A stretch of 64,000 nucleotides of DNA from Acidimicrobiia bacterium (GCA_041751055.1 JBGSYD010000015.1:122018-186017); one strand, 5' to 3'; counted from the stretch's first letter, positions 48,594 through 58,166 are shown. Program-made: numbers and translations. Notes: generated by a model from the letters alone, not told the origin.

Positions 48594-50264
48594 CTACAAG
48601 CCCTCGAACGGGTCTCCAGGACCAGAGGAGCCCACGGGGACAACTGCTTCTGAGGCACGAGTCGCCCAGGCCGGGAATGGAAACTGGAGAACCAGGGGCA
48701 CCGGGAGTTGTGGCTGGCTCAGAATCATGGTGCCCGGTTTGACAATGGTTGCCCTCTGCCGGTGAACGGACGGGAGAAACCCGTATTCCTCACGGGATGC
48801 CTCTGCCGAATCCAACCTTCCCACGACCCGGATCGAGGAGTTCGCAATGATTCGTCGCTCAACCTCGGAGGCAGTCTGTTGGGCGCCGATCAGAATCACC
48901 CCGAGGGATCGGCCGCGCTCGGCAATGTCCAACAGGACCTCCTTGATGGGGCTGGTCCCCTCACGAGGGGCATACTTATTGAGCTCGTCGAGCACCACCA
49001 TCAGCAATTCCTCGCTCTGCCCCGCTCGCTCCTTATCCTCGAACGCCCTTCTCAGGGTGACGCCAACGACGAACCGCTTCGCCCGGTCGTTGAGATTGTG
49101 CAGATCCACAACGGTCACCTGGTTCTCGTCGAGCCGAATGCGGTGTTTCTCCGAATTGGCGACATCGGATCGAATCAACCGCTCGACATGTCTCCGCGAT
49201 GCCTGGAGACGTCTAACAAATGCATTGATAGTTCCGGTCCCCATCGCCGGGCCGGCCCACGCATATCGAAAGTCCTCAGACTGCACGCGTTCGGTCACCA
49301 GGTCGACTAACTCACTGAAGGTCCGGATCTTGACACCGTCGATAACGGCCGCTCCCTCACCGGTCGATTCGGCTTTGCGCAGTTGAGCCATCACGTTGTA
49401 CACAACGGTCGTGTACTGGGCCCGGTCGTCTTCAGCATCCGCAAACAGAAATGGCAGGAGGTCCTGGGAACAGAACTCGTAGATACTCCAGAAGAACGAG
49501 GTGACGTCGTTGCGCGATGCCACATCGGCCGTTGCTCGGTCGTCGTTGACACGGGGAGGAGCGAACAATCCCACCGAATCGAACGGAGTCGACGGGAGAC
49601 CCAGAGCGTTGTATTTGAGGCGCATCTCGTCGTCGAGACGGCTGTTCACCCGATCGAGGTGAAGGAGGTCTTCACCTTTGACATTGAAGATCAGCGCCTT
49701 GGTGTTGACGGTCGCTTTCCCGAGCACCCCACTCGTGAAAAGTGAGTGCAAAAGAAAAGTGGCGTAGCTGGTCTTCGTTGCCACGCCTGAGATTCCAGAG
49801 ATGTTGACATGTGCGCCCCGATCTCCGTTCAGGAACTCGAAGTTGACCCACAGCGGCTCACCGTTACGGGCCAGGCCAACAGGGAACCGCTTCTCCATTT
49901 GATCGAAGAAGAGAGCGCGGTCTCTCTCCTCGCCAACTGCGATGCGCACCGGCTGGCCCGGGCTGGGCGGCACAAATACCTCGGGCTCGAACCTGGTGGA
50001 AGTGACCTGCGCCGCTTCGGAGACCTGCGCCGGCAAGATTCCGTCCTCGATGAGGAAGACGTCAGAGTCGAATCTGGCTCCTTCGTGGCGGGCGATGACC
50101 TGACCCACCATCCCATACATCTTGACCACCTCGCCAGTGGGCAACACCCTCTCGAGGGCGACGACGTCGTCGAGTTGCATGTACTCGCCATCAGCGACGG
50201 CCACCCAGAATTCGAGTGGTGTCGCGTCGCGGGTTCCGATGACTCGGCCAACCATTTCTTCCAT
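48594..50264 (-). CDS. herA: HerA-type FtsK/HerA-superfamily ATPase (N-terminal HAS-barrel plus DUF87-like ATPase core)
   Basis: 556 aa; N-terminal beta-barrel-like region (MVGRVIG...GEVVKMYGMVGQV); P-loop-like NISGISGVATKTS; Walker B MVVLDELNKY; first gene of the four-gene operon. Confidence 0.7.
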   Translation of the reverse strand: MEEMVGRVIGTRDATPLEFWVAVADGEYMQLDDVVALERVLPTGEVVKMYGMVGQVIARHEGARFDSDVFLIEDGILPAQVSEAAQVTSTRFEPEVFVPPSPGQPVRIAVGEERDRALFFDQMEKRFPVGLARNGEPLWVNFEFLNGDRGAHVNISGISGVATKTSYATFLLHSLFTSGVLGKATVNTKALIFNVKGEDLLHLDRVNSRLDDEMRLKYNALGLPSTPFDSVGLFAPPRVNDDRATADVASRNDVTSFFWSIYEFCSQDLLPFLFADAEDDRAQYTTVVYNVMAQLRKAESTGEGAAVIDGVKIRTFSELVDLVTERVQSEDFRYAWAGPAMGTGTINAFVRRLQASRRHVERLIRSDVANSEKHRIRLDENQVTVVDLHNLNDRAKRFVVGVTLRRAFEDKERAGQSEELLMVVLDELNKYAPREGTSPIKEVLLDIAERGRSLGVILIGAQQTASEVERRIIANSSIRVVGRLDSAEASREEYGFLPSVHRQRATIVKPGTMILSQPQLPVPLVLQFPFPAWATRASEAVVPVGSSGPGDPFEGL

Positions 50265-50337
50265 CGAGTTCGAGAGTAGACGTCACCCCGGACAGAATCA
50301 TGCTCCGGAACCACCCGCGACATTTAGGGTTCGCAGT

Positions 50338-51468
50338 GTGAGCGTCGTCGCAATCCCATTCAAAGATGAGGACACGTCGACGGTCCTGTCCAATCTCGAG
50401 ATAGCTGCCGGTCACGATCGAGTCGATGAAGTCTGGGCCGTCGGCACCGACAAAACGGTGAGCGCCGGTGTGCCCGGAATAGCGGCGGCGTCGGGCAAGC
50501 GGATCGTCACATTCCCGGATCGCAGAGTTGGCCGGTTTCGGCCCGGCAAAGGGGACGCCATGAACACGGCACTCCTACACGCAGCGGATAGGTCGGTCGA
50601 CCGGCTCCACTTCTACGATGCCGACATCACCAATTTCGGGCTCGATTGGATCGAGGGCGCCGAAAAAGCCGCGGACCAGGGATTTGACGTGGTTCGACAC
50701 ACGTTTCCGCGAGCGTCTACTGATGCGATGATCACCTGGTTGGTCACGAAACCGCTCCTTGCCATGAAGTTTCCGGGAACGACGTTGCCCCAGATCGGGC
50801 AGCCTCTGGGTGGCGAACTTCTGCTCAGCAGCTCGGCATTACAGGCATTCGCCAATGATCCGGCGGTCGTGCAGAGGTCAGATTGGGGCGTCGACACGAT
50901 GTACACCTACGCCACCGTGGAACACGGGTTCGACCTCTATGAACATCATGTCGCCGATGGCAAACGACACGCCCTATACGGAGATCTGTCCGACCTCAAA
51001 ACGATGCTGATCGAATGTTTCGATGTTGCGGCCCTCCTCCGGCCGCACCCGGTCGCCCATGCCCGCCACGCCGCCGACCCGCCTGCATCCATCCCTTCGG
51101 ATCTCCAGGGCCAGTCGGGATACGACATCGATGCCACCCTCCCACTCCTCACCGCCGACCCGGGCCTCGAGGAGGCCGGCATAATTGCGAACCTGCCGGA
51201 TGGATTGATGACCACGGCCCGACAACTCGTCGATTCAGGGGACTTCCAGGCACTGGACGCAGGGCGTTGGGGAGAAGTCCTCCGAATCGCGGTCGAGGCG
51301 TTCCGGCTTGGAGACAAGGGTTGGGAAGACCTCCTCTTCAGATTGTGGTCGGGCCGGGTGGTCAACTACACGGTCAATCACGCGACAAAGGGGTACCACC
51401 ACGCCATGGACTACCTGGCGTCGACCATCGATCTGTACGAACAGAATTCCCCGAATCGCACCGGTTAG
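50338..51468 (+). CDS. gpgS: glucosyl-3-phosphoglycerate synthase / mannosyl-3-phosphoglycerate synthase-family glycosyltransferase (GT81/GT55-like)
   Basis: RPGKGDAMNTALLHA...HFYDADIT and QPLGGELL motifs align with the GpgS/MpgS conserved blocks GKGxAM...FxDAD and QPLGGE. Start is uncertain: GTG at 50338, or ATG at 50239 which would overlap the herA 5' end. Confidence 0.6.
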   Translation: MSVVAIPFKDEDTSTVLSNLEIAAGHDRVDEVWAVGTDKTVSAGVPGIAAASGKRIVTFPDRRVGRFRPGKGDAMNTALLHAADRSVDRLHFYDADITNFGLDWIEGAEKAADQGFDVVRHTFPRASTDAMITWLVTKPLLAMKFPGTTLPQIGQPLGGELLLSSSALQAFANDPAVVQRSDWGVDTMYTYATVEHGFDLYEHHVADGKRHALYGDLSDLKTMLIECFDVAALLRPHPVAHARHAADPPASIPSDLQGQSGYDIDATLPLLTADPGLEEAGIIANLPDGLMTTARQLVDSGDFQALDAGRWGEVLRIAVEAFRLGDKGWEDLLFRLWSGRVVNYTVNHATKGYHHAMDYLASTIDLYEQNSPNRTG

Positions 51469-51479
51469 ATTCACTCCGC

Positions 51480-51914
51480 ATGGGAACAGCAATAGTCGTC
51501 TTGATCGGGATCGTTGGCGGCATCGCAGCCGGATTTCAATCGCAGTTCGTAGGGATAATGGAAGAAAACGTCGGCGCGCTCGGATCCACGCTCATCACCT
51601 ATGGGGGCGGCGGTCTGCTGGTTGGTGCCTTCTTCTTGATCAGTCGGCAAGGCGACCTCGGTGAAATCCGTCAGATCCCCTGGTGGGCCCTACTGGCCGG
51701 CGTCATGGGGATCATCATCATCGCCAGCCTCTCGACGACTGTCTCGAATCTCGGCGTAGGCCGGGCCCTGACCCTTTTCACAGCGACATCGATCATCACG
51801 GCCGCTGTCATCGACCAGTTCGGCATCTTCGGAGCATCCGTCAAGGTCGTAGACGTCTCGAGGGGCCTCGGCATCGGACTGCTGATGGTGGGAACCTGGC
51901 TGGTCGTCCGCTGA
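51480..51914 (+). CDS. DUF606-family small membrane protein (DMT superfamily half-transporter)
   Basis: ATG at 51480; 144 aa with 4 TM helices; the longer track ORF is an Arg/Pro-rich read-through. Confidence 0.5.
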   Translation: MGTAIVVLIGIVGGIAAGFQSQFVGIMEENVGALGSTLITYGGGGLLVGAFFLISRQGDLGEIRQIPWWALLAGVMGIIIIASLSTTVSNLGVGRALTLFTATSIITAAVIDQFGIFGASVKVVDVSRGLGIGLLMVGTWLVVR

Positions 51915-51915
51915 T

Positions 51916-52746
51916 TCAGCCCAAGGCGATCAGGGCCAAGGCCATGAGGGTGAGGCCAATGCCGAATATCTGCCGGGTTCGCAGGTGCTCGCCGTTCACC
52001 AGCTTTGCCAGGATCACCGTCACCGCGGGATAGAACGACGCAGCCACGGCTGCCAATGCAAACTCGCCGGCGCGAAGGGCGATCAACAACGTAACGTTGG
52101 CCGAGACATCGAGCACGCCGTTGCTGACGATGATGCTGCGCGGGGACTCCGATAGCCTGCGGATCTTCCATAAACCCAAGACGGCGATCATCAAGACGAC
52201 GATGATCGTCGATGCCCGCGACGCAATAAGGGGCAGGAGATTCGAATCCGGATTGGTGAAACCGATGATTGCGGCGAATCCGCCGAAACCGAGGCCGGCG
52301 ACGGTCCCATAGATCAGACCCTGCATGAGAGAGCCCTGGTCGTCATCGGTCCACGCCGAAAGGGCTATGGCAGGTATGGCGACGACAACGCCGATCCATG
52401 CGACCAGCGATGGCCGGTCTCCAGTAATCACCGCGACGGCCACGGGGACCATCGCGCCAAGGGCAGCCGAGGCGGGGGCGACGGCGGCAGCCCTTCCCCG
52501 TGCCAGCCCAGCGAACAGCATCGTCAACCCGAGTGAGCCAGATGCGCCCGCCGCGAGCCCAATGGCATAGTCGGAAACCGACGAATCGCCACCAACGAGG
52601 ACAGCCACCACCAGGAGCAGCGGAAACGAGAACAGACCTGACCAAACGACGACCGTCGCTGCGGATACTTTCTTCGTGCCTTCTCCACCAAGGAAGTCGG
52701 CTACCCCATAGAAGAGCGAGCTGAGCCCGCCAAGCAGAACCTCCAC
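51916..52746 (-). CDS. EamA/DMT family transporter
   Basis: 276 aa; 10 TM helices; two EamA repeats. Confidence 0.65.
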   Translation of the reverse strand: MEVLLGGLSSLFYGVADFLGGEGTKKVSAATVVVWSGLFSFPLLLVVAVLVGGDSSVSDYAIGLAAGASGSLGLTMLFAGLARGRAAAVAPASAALGAMVPVAVAVITGDRPSLVAWIGVVVAIPAIALSAWTDDDQGSLMQGLIYGTVAGLGFGGFAAIIGFTNPDSNLLPLIASRASTIIVVLMIAVLGLWKIRRLSESPRSIIVSNGVLDVSANVTLLIALRAGEFALAAVAASFYPAVTVILAKLVNGEHLRTRQIFGIGLTLMALALIALG

Positions 52747-53168
52747 TAAGAGGAAACTCCGGAAGTTCCGTCGGCGGTGAGAACGTGGCGAATTTTCGCC
52801 GCGGCGGCCTCGAGATCCTCACGCCCGACAGAGCTGTCGGCGTTGGCGAAGTCGAGGTCGTGAACACCGTCTATGGGCACGACATGGAGATGGGTATGAG
52901 GGACCTCCAACCCGGCAATTAACAGTCCGACGCGGGTGGGCTCGAACGCCTCCTGAATCGCCCGGCCGATCTGGGTCGCTACCCCCATCAAATGGTCCCG
53001 AAGATCGTCGGCGAGATCGATCCAGTGATCTACCTCTTCGATTGGTACTACCAACGTGTGCCCGGGTCGAAGCGGCGCAATTGTCATCACTCCCACGCAG
53101 CGTTCGTCTCTCCAGACGAATGTTCCAGGGATTTCGCCGTTGATGATCCGGCTGAAGATCGATGACAT
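52746..53168 (-). CDS. HIT-family (histidine triad) nucleotide hydrolase
   Basis: 140 aa; histidine triad HTHLHVVP. Confidence 0.75.
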   Translation of the reverse strand: MSSIFSRIINGEIPGTFVWRDERCVGVMTIAPLRPGHTLVVPIEEVDHWIDLADDLRDHLMGVATQIGRAIQEAFEPTRVGLLIAGLEVPHTHLHVVPIDGVHDLDFANADSSVGREDLEAAAAKIRHVLTADGTSGVSS

Positions 53169-53205
53169 GGCCCGAGATTAACCAACCATCCGGTTTCGGC
53201 AGCCC

Positions 53206-54375
53206 CTATCGCACCGCCACCACTTTCAGGACATCAGTCCCCGTGGTGACATACATCTCGCCGGCACCGTCCTGACCAAAGCCCGTAACGCTGCCCGGGA
53301 TGGGTACCCCGAATTCGGAGTTCCAATCAGTTATTGATTGGACTTCGCCATCTTCGAAACGGAGGCTGCGCAGGTAACCGCCGCAGTAGTCGCTGTAGAA
53401 ATACTCTCCGGAGATTTCGGGTATGAGAGATCCGTAATAGACGATGCCGCCGGTGATCGAGCATGTCCCGGCATCGTTGTGGTTGACCTCGATCAGGGGC
53501 AACGTGAGCCCAGCGGTGTCACACCCGCTGGCCTGGAAGCAATGGAGGCCCTCGGTGATCGGCCAGCCGAAATTGAGGCCCTCCTGGAGTTCGACGATGG
53601 AGATTTCTTCGTAAGTGCCCTGACCCACATCAGCGATATAGATGATCTCCCCGTCGATCCAGAATCGCCAGGGGTTCCTGAGCCCGTAGTCGAACAGGCT
53701 CGATTCGGCGGAGTCGACATCGATCCGGACGAGGCCACCGAGCAGAGTCGACGTGTCCTGACCGTTGCCAAAAGTGTCATTGGCGCCGCCACCGTCACCC
53801 AGGCCCAAGATGAGGGACCCGTCCGGGTCGAATTGGATCATCCCGCCGTTGTGGTTGGCTGCCGGTTGGCTCACCTCGAGGAGCACCCTTTCCGACGCGG
53901 GATCGGCTTTCGTCGCAGAATCGAATGCAAACTCGGATACCACGGTCCTCCCATCGTCACCCGAATAGTGGAGGAAGAAACGAGTCTGATCAACAGGATG
54001 GATTGCCATTGCCAGGAGACCTTGCTCGCCGCTGTTCTTTACCCGGTCACTGATGTCGAGCACCGGGGTCTCCATGATCTTATCGTTTATCAATGCCCAG
54101 ATCCGGCCGTTCTTCGTGATCACGTAGGCAGTCTCGCTCCCCGGGCTGGCCGTCACCTGGACCGGAAACGACATCTTCGACCCAATCTCTCGATACCCGA
54201 GGCCCTGAAATGGCGCCAGCGTGGTTGTTGTAGTCGAGGGCACCGAATCAGTTGATGACGAGGTGGTTTGTTGTGTAGTGGTTGTGGCATCGGTGGCGGA
54301 CGTCGTGGTCGACCCCGGCTCTTGTGCCACGGAGCACGCAGCCAACACGACGAACAGCAGTGACAGACGTTTCAT
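53206..54375 (-). CDS. PQQ-dependent soluble sugar (glucose/sorbosone) dehydrogenase-like beta-propeller lipoprotein
   Basis: 389 aa; lipobox LAACS, Thr/Ser-rich linker, SGDH/YliI-type six-bladed propeller motifs. Confidence 0.7.
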   Translation of the reverse strand: MKRLSLLFVVLAACSVAQEPGSTTTSATDATTTTQQTTSSSTDSVPSTTTTTLAPFQGLGYREIGSKMSFPVQVTASPGSETAYVITKNGRIWALINDKIMETPVLDISDRVKNSGEQGLLAMAIHPVDQTRFFLHYSGDDGRTVVSEFAFDSATKADPASERVLLEVSQPAANHNGGMIQFDPDGSLILGLGDGGGANDTFGNGQDTSTLLGGLVRIDVDSAESSLFDYGLRNPWRFWIDGEIIYIADVGQGTYEEISIVELQEGLNFGWPITEGLHCFQASGCDTAGLTLPLIEVNHNDAGTCSITGGIVYYGSLIPEISGEYFYSDYCGGYLRSLRFEDGEVQSITDWNSEFGVPIPGSVTGFGQDGAGEMYVTTGTDVLKVVAVR

Positions 54376-54457
54376 GCCCGGCTGAGCCTACGGTCGAATT
54401 GCATCTATCTATCCCAGCATTGACAGGGCGATATGCTGCTTTTATGACCGATGATCG

Positions 54458-55315
54458 TTGGTGCGGACGGGCCGAGGGCTGAGAAGGGGACTCACCGTCG
54501 TATTGGCTATGGCTGTCCTGGGTGCCTGCGGCTTTGATCTTTCCAGACCGGTTCCAAACGGCGGCGATCCCCAACCCCCGCTACCGACAGGTTTGGCGAT
54601 CGGCGAAGTCACCTGGATCGGTGATGGCGACTCGATAGAGGTAGACGTCGATGAGGCAACGCTCGAGGTTCGCCTGATCGGTATCAACGCACCGGAATCG
54701 GGCGAGTGCTACGGCGATGTGCCCCAGGATTACCTGATCGACACCATCAAACTCGCCGAAGTCGCCATAGATCCATATGAGACCGACCAGTTCGGGAGGA
54801 CCCTCGCCGACGTCTGGTTCAACGGCGAACTGCTAAACCTAAGGCTTGTGACGATGGGCATGGCGACAGCGATCACACCTGATCAGGGGTACCCGCACGG
54901 CGAAACCCTGCTGGCAGCCGAAACGGCAGCATTCCAAGCCCGGGTAGGCATGTGGGGGCTCGATGTCTGTGGCTCTTCAGGGATCCTCCCGGCAATCGAG
55001 TTCGACATGGCCGAGTCGCAGACAGATCCCGCCGGACCCGACGACGAGGTGCTCGACAGCGAATACATCGCGATCGTCAACCGTGGCGACCTCCCTGTCG
55101 ACATGGGGCACTGGGTGCTCCGCGACGAGTCGTCGCGGAATCGGCTCCGGTTTCCGCAGGGGACAGTTATCGCACCAGGGGAGCGAATGACGATCTCTTC
55201 AGGGTGTTCGACGGCCGTCTCTTGGTGTGGGTCGACGTCGATCTGGAACAACGGCGGCGACCTCGCATTGCTTCTCGATTCTGACGGGCGGGTTGTGGCC
55301 CGGGTCCGCTACTGA
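54458..55315 (+). CDS. secreted thermonuclease (SNase) family protein with C-terminal lamin-tail domain
   Basis: 285 aa; lipobox LGACG; SNase core LIGINAPES...; C-terminal EYIAIVNRGD...WNNGGD lamin-tail-domain motifs. Confidence 0.65.
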   Translation: MVRTGRGLRRGLTVVLAMAVLGACGFDLSRPVPNGGDPQPPLPTGLAIGEVTWIGDGDSIEVDVDEATLEVRLIGINAPESGECYGDVPQDYLIDTIKLAEVAIDPYETDQFGRTLADVWFNGELLNLRLVTMGMATAITPDQGYPHGETLLAAETAAFQARVGMWGLDVCGSSGILPAIEFDMAESQTDPAGPDDEVLDSEYIAIVNRGDLPVDMGHWVLRDESSRNRLRFPQGTVIAPGERMTISSGCSTAVSWCGSTSIWNNGGDLALLLDSDGRVVARVRY

Positions 55316-55316
55316 C

Positions 55317-56531
55317 TTATGGCGCTTCCAGTTCCAGTCGCCAGATTTCACCTTCGAGATTGGCCACATAGAGCTCACCGTGCCGGTCCGATCCCATCGT
55401 TGTCACGGTCCCGAGTCGGTCGGTGCGAGCTCGTGTCCAGTCTTTGACCATCAGGGTTCCCGTGGTGTCGACCACAACGCTGCGAATCCAGCCCAAGCAG
55501 AAGTCGGCCATGAAGAAGTGCCCTTGTAACCGCGGCATCAGCTCACCCCGATAAACCCTTCCACCGATCATCGCACAGCCGTTTCCGTTGTGCGCGTAGC
55601 TGTACACCGGCATCGTCTGCCCGAAGAGGTCGCATTGATCCGCCGCGTAGCAGCCCGTGCCTTCTGAGATCGACCAACCGAAGTTATGCCCGCCCTCGGT
55701 CAGAGGAATGACGTTGAGTTCCTCGAAACCCTCCTGGCCCACGTCAGGGATGTAGATCAACCCGGTCTCCTCATCAAACGTGATCCGCCACGGGTTCCTC
55801 AATCCATACGCCCAAACCTCGGGTGCGCCCGCTCCGGATTCCACGAATGGGTTGTCGGATGGGACCGAGTAAGGGTGTCCGCGGTCCACGTCGATCCTGA
55901 TGATCGTGGCATTGAGGTCGTACGGGTTTTGCCCGTTCTTGTTCGGGTCTCCGATGCCCCCTCCATCACCAAGTGACAACCACAGGTACCCATCGGGACC
56001 GAAGAACATCGAACCCGACTGGTGGTACTGGCCGAATTGGGGGACGCTGAGGATCGGCCGCAATGATCTGATGTCAGCCACGTTCGGATCGTTTTCGCTC
56101 GTGTGGATCTCGACGAGGTGCGAGGTGCCGGCCACGTCGGTGAAGAAGAGAAACACTCGCCCGTTTTCGGTGTATTCCGGATGGAACAGGAGGCTCAGCA
56201 TCCCCTGTTCGTTGCCGACGCTCCCCACCCAACGAGAGATATCGAGGTAGGGGGCTTCGACCAATTCGCCGTCGTCGATAATGCGGACCCTTCCTGATTT
56301 CTCCACCACGAACAACCGGTCATCTGCTGGCGCGCCGACTATATCCGTCGGGTTCACCAAACCCTCGATCAGGAGCTTTGGTTCCAGCGCGAGATCGGTC
56401 ACGTCCCCTGGTGCTTCAACCGGTACAGCCGGTGGGAAGGGATCGCCGACCGCCTCGACCACAGGCGGTCCGGCAAGCATCAACTCGGTTGCCAGGACGA
56501 TAAGAGCAACCGGCAGGAGAAACTTGTTCAC
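55317..56531 (-). CDS. PQQ-dependent soluble sugar dehydrogenase-like beta-propeller protein (paralog of 53206-54375)
   Basis: 404 aa; signal peptide; same SGDH motif set as the paralog. Confidence 0.7.
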   Translation of the reverse strand: MNKFLLPVALIVLATELMLAGPPVVEAVGDPFPPAVPVEAPGDVTDLALEPKLLIEGLVNPTDIVGAPADDRLFVVEKSGRVRIIDDGELVEAPYLDISRWVGSVGNEQGMLSLLFHPEYTENGRVFLFFTDVAGTSHLVEIHTSENDPNVADIRSLRPILSVPQFGQYHQSGSMFFGPDGYLWLSLGDGGGIGDPNKNGQNPYDLNATIIRIDVDRGHPYSVPSDNPFVESGAGAPEVWAYGLRNPWRITFDEETGLIYIPDVGQEGFEELNVIPLTEGGHNFGWSISEGTGCYAADQCDLFGQTMPVYSYAHNGNGCAMIGGRVYRGELMPRLQGHFFMADFCLGWIRSVVVDTTGTLMVKDWTRARTDRLGTVTTMGSDRHGELYVANLEGEIWRLELEAP

Positions 56532-56601
56532 GGCCAGACGTTATTGGTGCGGCAGGGTTATTCAAGCCCTACGATGAGCCCACAACCCGAAGGGACAAAT
56601 A

Positions 56602-56928
56602 ATGGGATTCATGGACAACGTCAAGAAGTGGTTCGGTGCCGCCAAAGAAGGCGCAGCTGACCTTGCCGAAAAAGCCGAGCCAATGCTCGAAAAAACCAAG
56701 GACTTCGCATCCGACGCCATGGCCAAAGCCGAGCCGATGCTAGAGAAGACGAAAGAAGCCGCCACCAAGGCGGCCAACACCGTGGGCGAAAAGGTCGCGG
56801 AGATGACCAGCCAGAAAGACGACGCTGGTGGCGGAGGGGCCGTTGAAAACGCTGCGGACTCGGCGACCGAAGCTGTTGACAAGGTGGTCGAAGCTGCCGA
56901 AGAGGCTGTCGACGGCGCTGACGGCTGA
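56602..56928 (+). CDS. small acidic protein with internal tandem repeat (KAEPMLEKTK x2)
   Basis: 108 aa; GAAGGGA Shine-Dalgarno-like sequence 7 nt upstream; repeat 56656-56760; helical, Ala/Glu/Lys-rich. Confidence 0.45.
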   Translation: MGFMDNVKKWFGAAKEGAADLAEKAEPMLEKTKDFASDAMAKAEPMLEKTKEAATKAANTVGEKVAEMTSQKDDAGGGGAVENAADSATEAVDKVVEAAEEAVDGADG

Positions 56929-56949
56929 ATTCACGTCGAAAGCTGAATC

Positions 56950-58128
56950 TTGAGCGGACGCGTCTCACAACGCCTCGGTGCCCTGCCGGGCTCGGCGACG
57001 ATGGCGATAAGCGCCCGGGCCCGCGAGCTCGCAATCCTCGGCGAGGACGTCATAGCCTTTGCCGCCGGCGAGCCGGACTTTCCGACGCCTGAGCACATCA
57101 CAGCTGCCGCGGCGCGCGCCTGCTACGACCCGGCGAACCATCACTACACAGCCAACGCCGGGCTCATCGAGCTGCGGGAGGCCATTGCTGGCTATACGAA
57201 GGAGTTCTCCGGGGTCGACGTCGACAGTTCCGAAGTTGTGGTGACCAACGGCGCCAAGCAGGCAGTTTTCCAGACTTTTGCCGCGCTCATCGATCCCGGT
57301 GATGAAGTCCTCATGCCGGTTCCCCACTGGGTCACCTATCCCGCAGGGGTGGAGCTGTCGGGGGGCGTTCCCGTTTCCGTGCCGACCTCGATCGAGGCCG
57401 GATTCAAGGTGACCGTCTCCGACCTGGAGAAGCACCGAACGGACCGAACCAAAATGCTCGTGTTCGTCTCCCCCTCCAACCCTAGCGGTGCGGTCTATAG
57501 CGCCGATGAGGCCCGGGCGATCGGCGAATGGGCGCGGGAAAACGACATATGGGTGCTTGCCGACGAGATCTACCAGCGTCTCGTCTACTTGACAGACCTC
57601 GCCCCCTCCATCGCACATGAGACACCCCGGTTCGAGAAGTGGATTCTGGTCAACGGAGTGGCCAAATCTTATGCGATGACAGGATGGCGGGTGGGCTGGA
57701 TGGTCGGCCCAACAGATGTAATGGACGCAGCCGCCCGGCACCAATCTCATGCGACTTCCAATGTGGCGAATGTCGCCCAGCAGGCAGCGCTGGCGGCCTT
57801 GACCGGGGCCCAGGACACCGTCGAGGAGATGAGGGTTGCATTCGACCGCCGTCGCAAGCTGATGTTTTCGTTGCTCTCGGAGATTGCCGGCATCTCATGC
57901 CTCGAGCCCGAGGGGGCGTTCTATATGTTTCCCGATGTTTCGGCAATCCTCGGGGATCGCTTCCCCACCTCTTTGGACCTCGCTGAGGCAATCATCGAGA
58001 AAGCACACGTCGCCCTGGTCCCCGGTGAGTCCTTTGGAGCACCCGGGTTTCTCCGGTTGTCTTACACGACGGGCGATGCCGAGATCGAGAAGGGAATCGA
58101 GAGAATCGCCTCGCTGCTAGCAGGCTGA
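56950..58128 (+). CDS. aspC: class I/II PLP-dependent aminotransferase (aspartate/aromatic aminotransferase type)
   Basis: 392 aa; PLP-lysine region SKSYAMTGWRVGW. Confidence 0.8.
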   Translation: MSGRVSQRLGALPGSATMAISARARELAILGEDVIAFAAGEPDFPTPEHITAAAARACYDPANHHYTANAGLIELREAIAGYTKEFSGVDVDSSEVVVTNGAKQAVFQTFAALIDPGDEVLMPVPHWVTYPAGVELSGGVPVSVPTSIEAGFKVTVSDLEKHRTDRTKMLVFVSPSNPSGAVYSADEARAIGEWARENDIWVLADEIYQRLVYLTDLAPSIAHETPRFEKWILVNGVAKSYAMTGWRVGWMVGPTDVMDAAARHQSHATSNVANVAQQAALAALTGAQDTVEEMRVAFDRRRKLMFSLLSEIAGISCLEPEGAFYMFPDVSAILGDRFPTSLDLAEAIIEKAHVALVPGESFGAPGFLRLSYTTGDAEIEKGIERIASLLAG

Positions 58129-58166
58129 ATTTTGGCACTCCCAACCTGGTTTACAATCGCCAGTGG

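Noticed and set aside
51015-51479. 299-aa ORF start for the DUF606 membrane protein
   Set aside because: Upstream 155 codons are Pro/Arg/Gly-rich read-through overlapping the gpgS-like gene in another frame; the hydrophobic protein starts at ATG 51480
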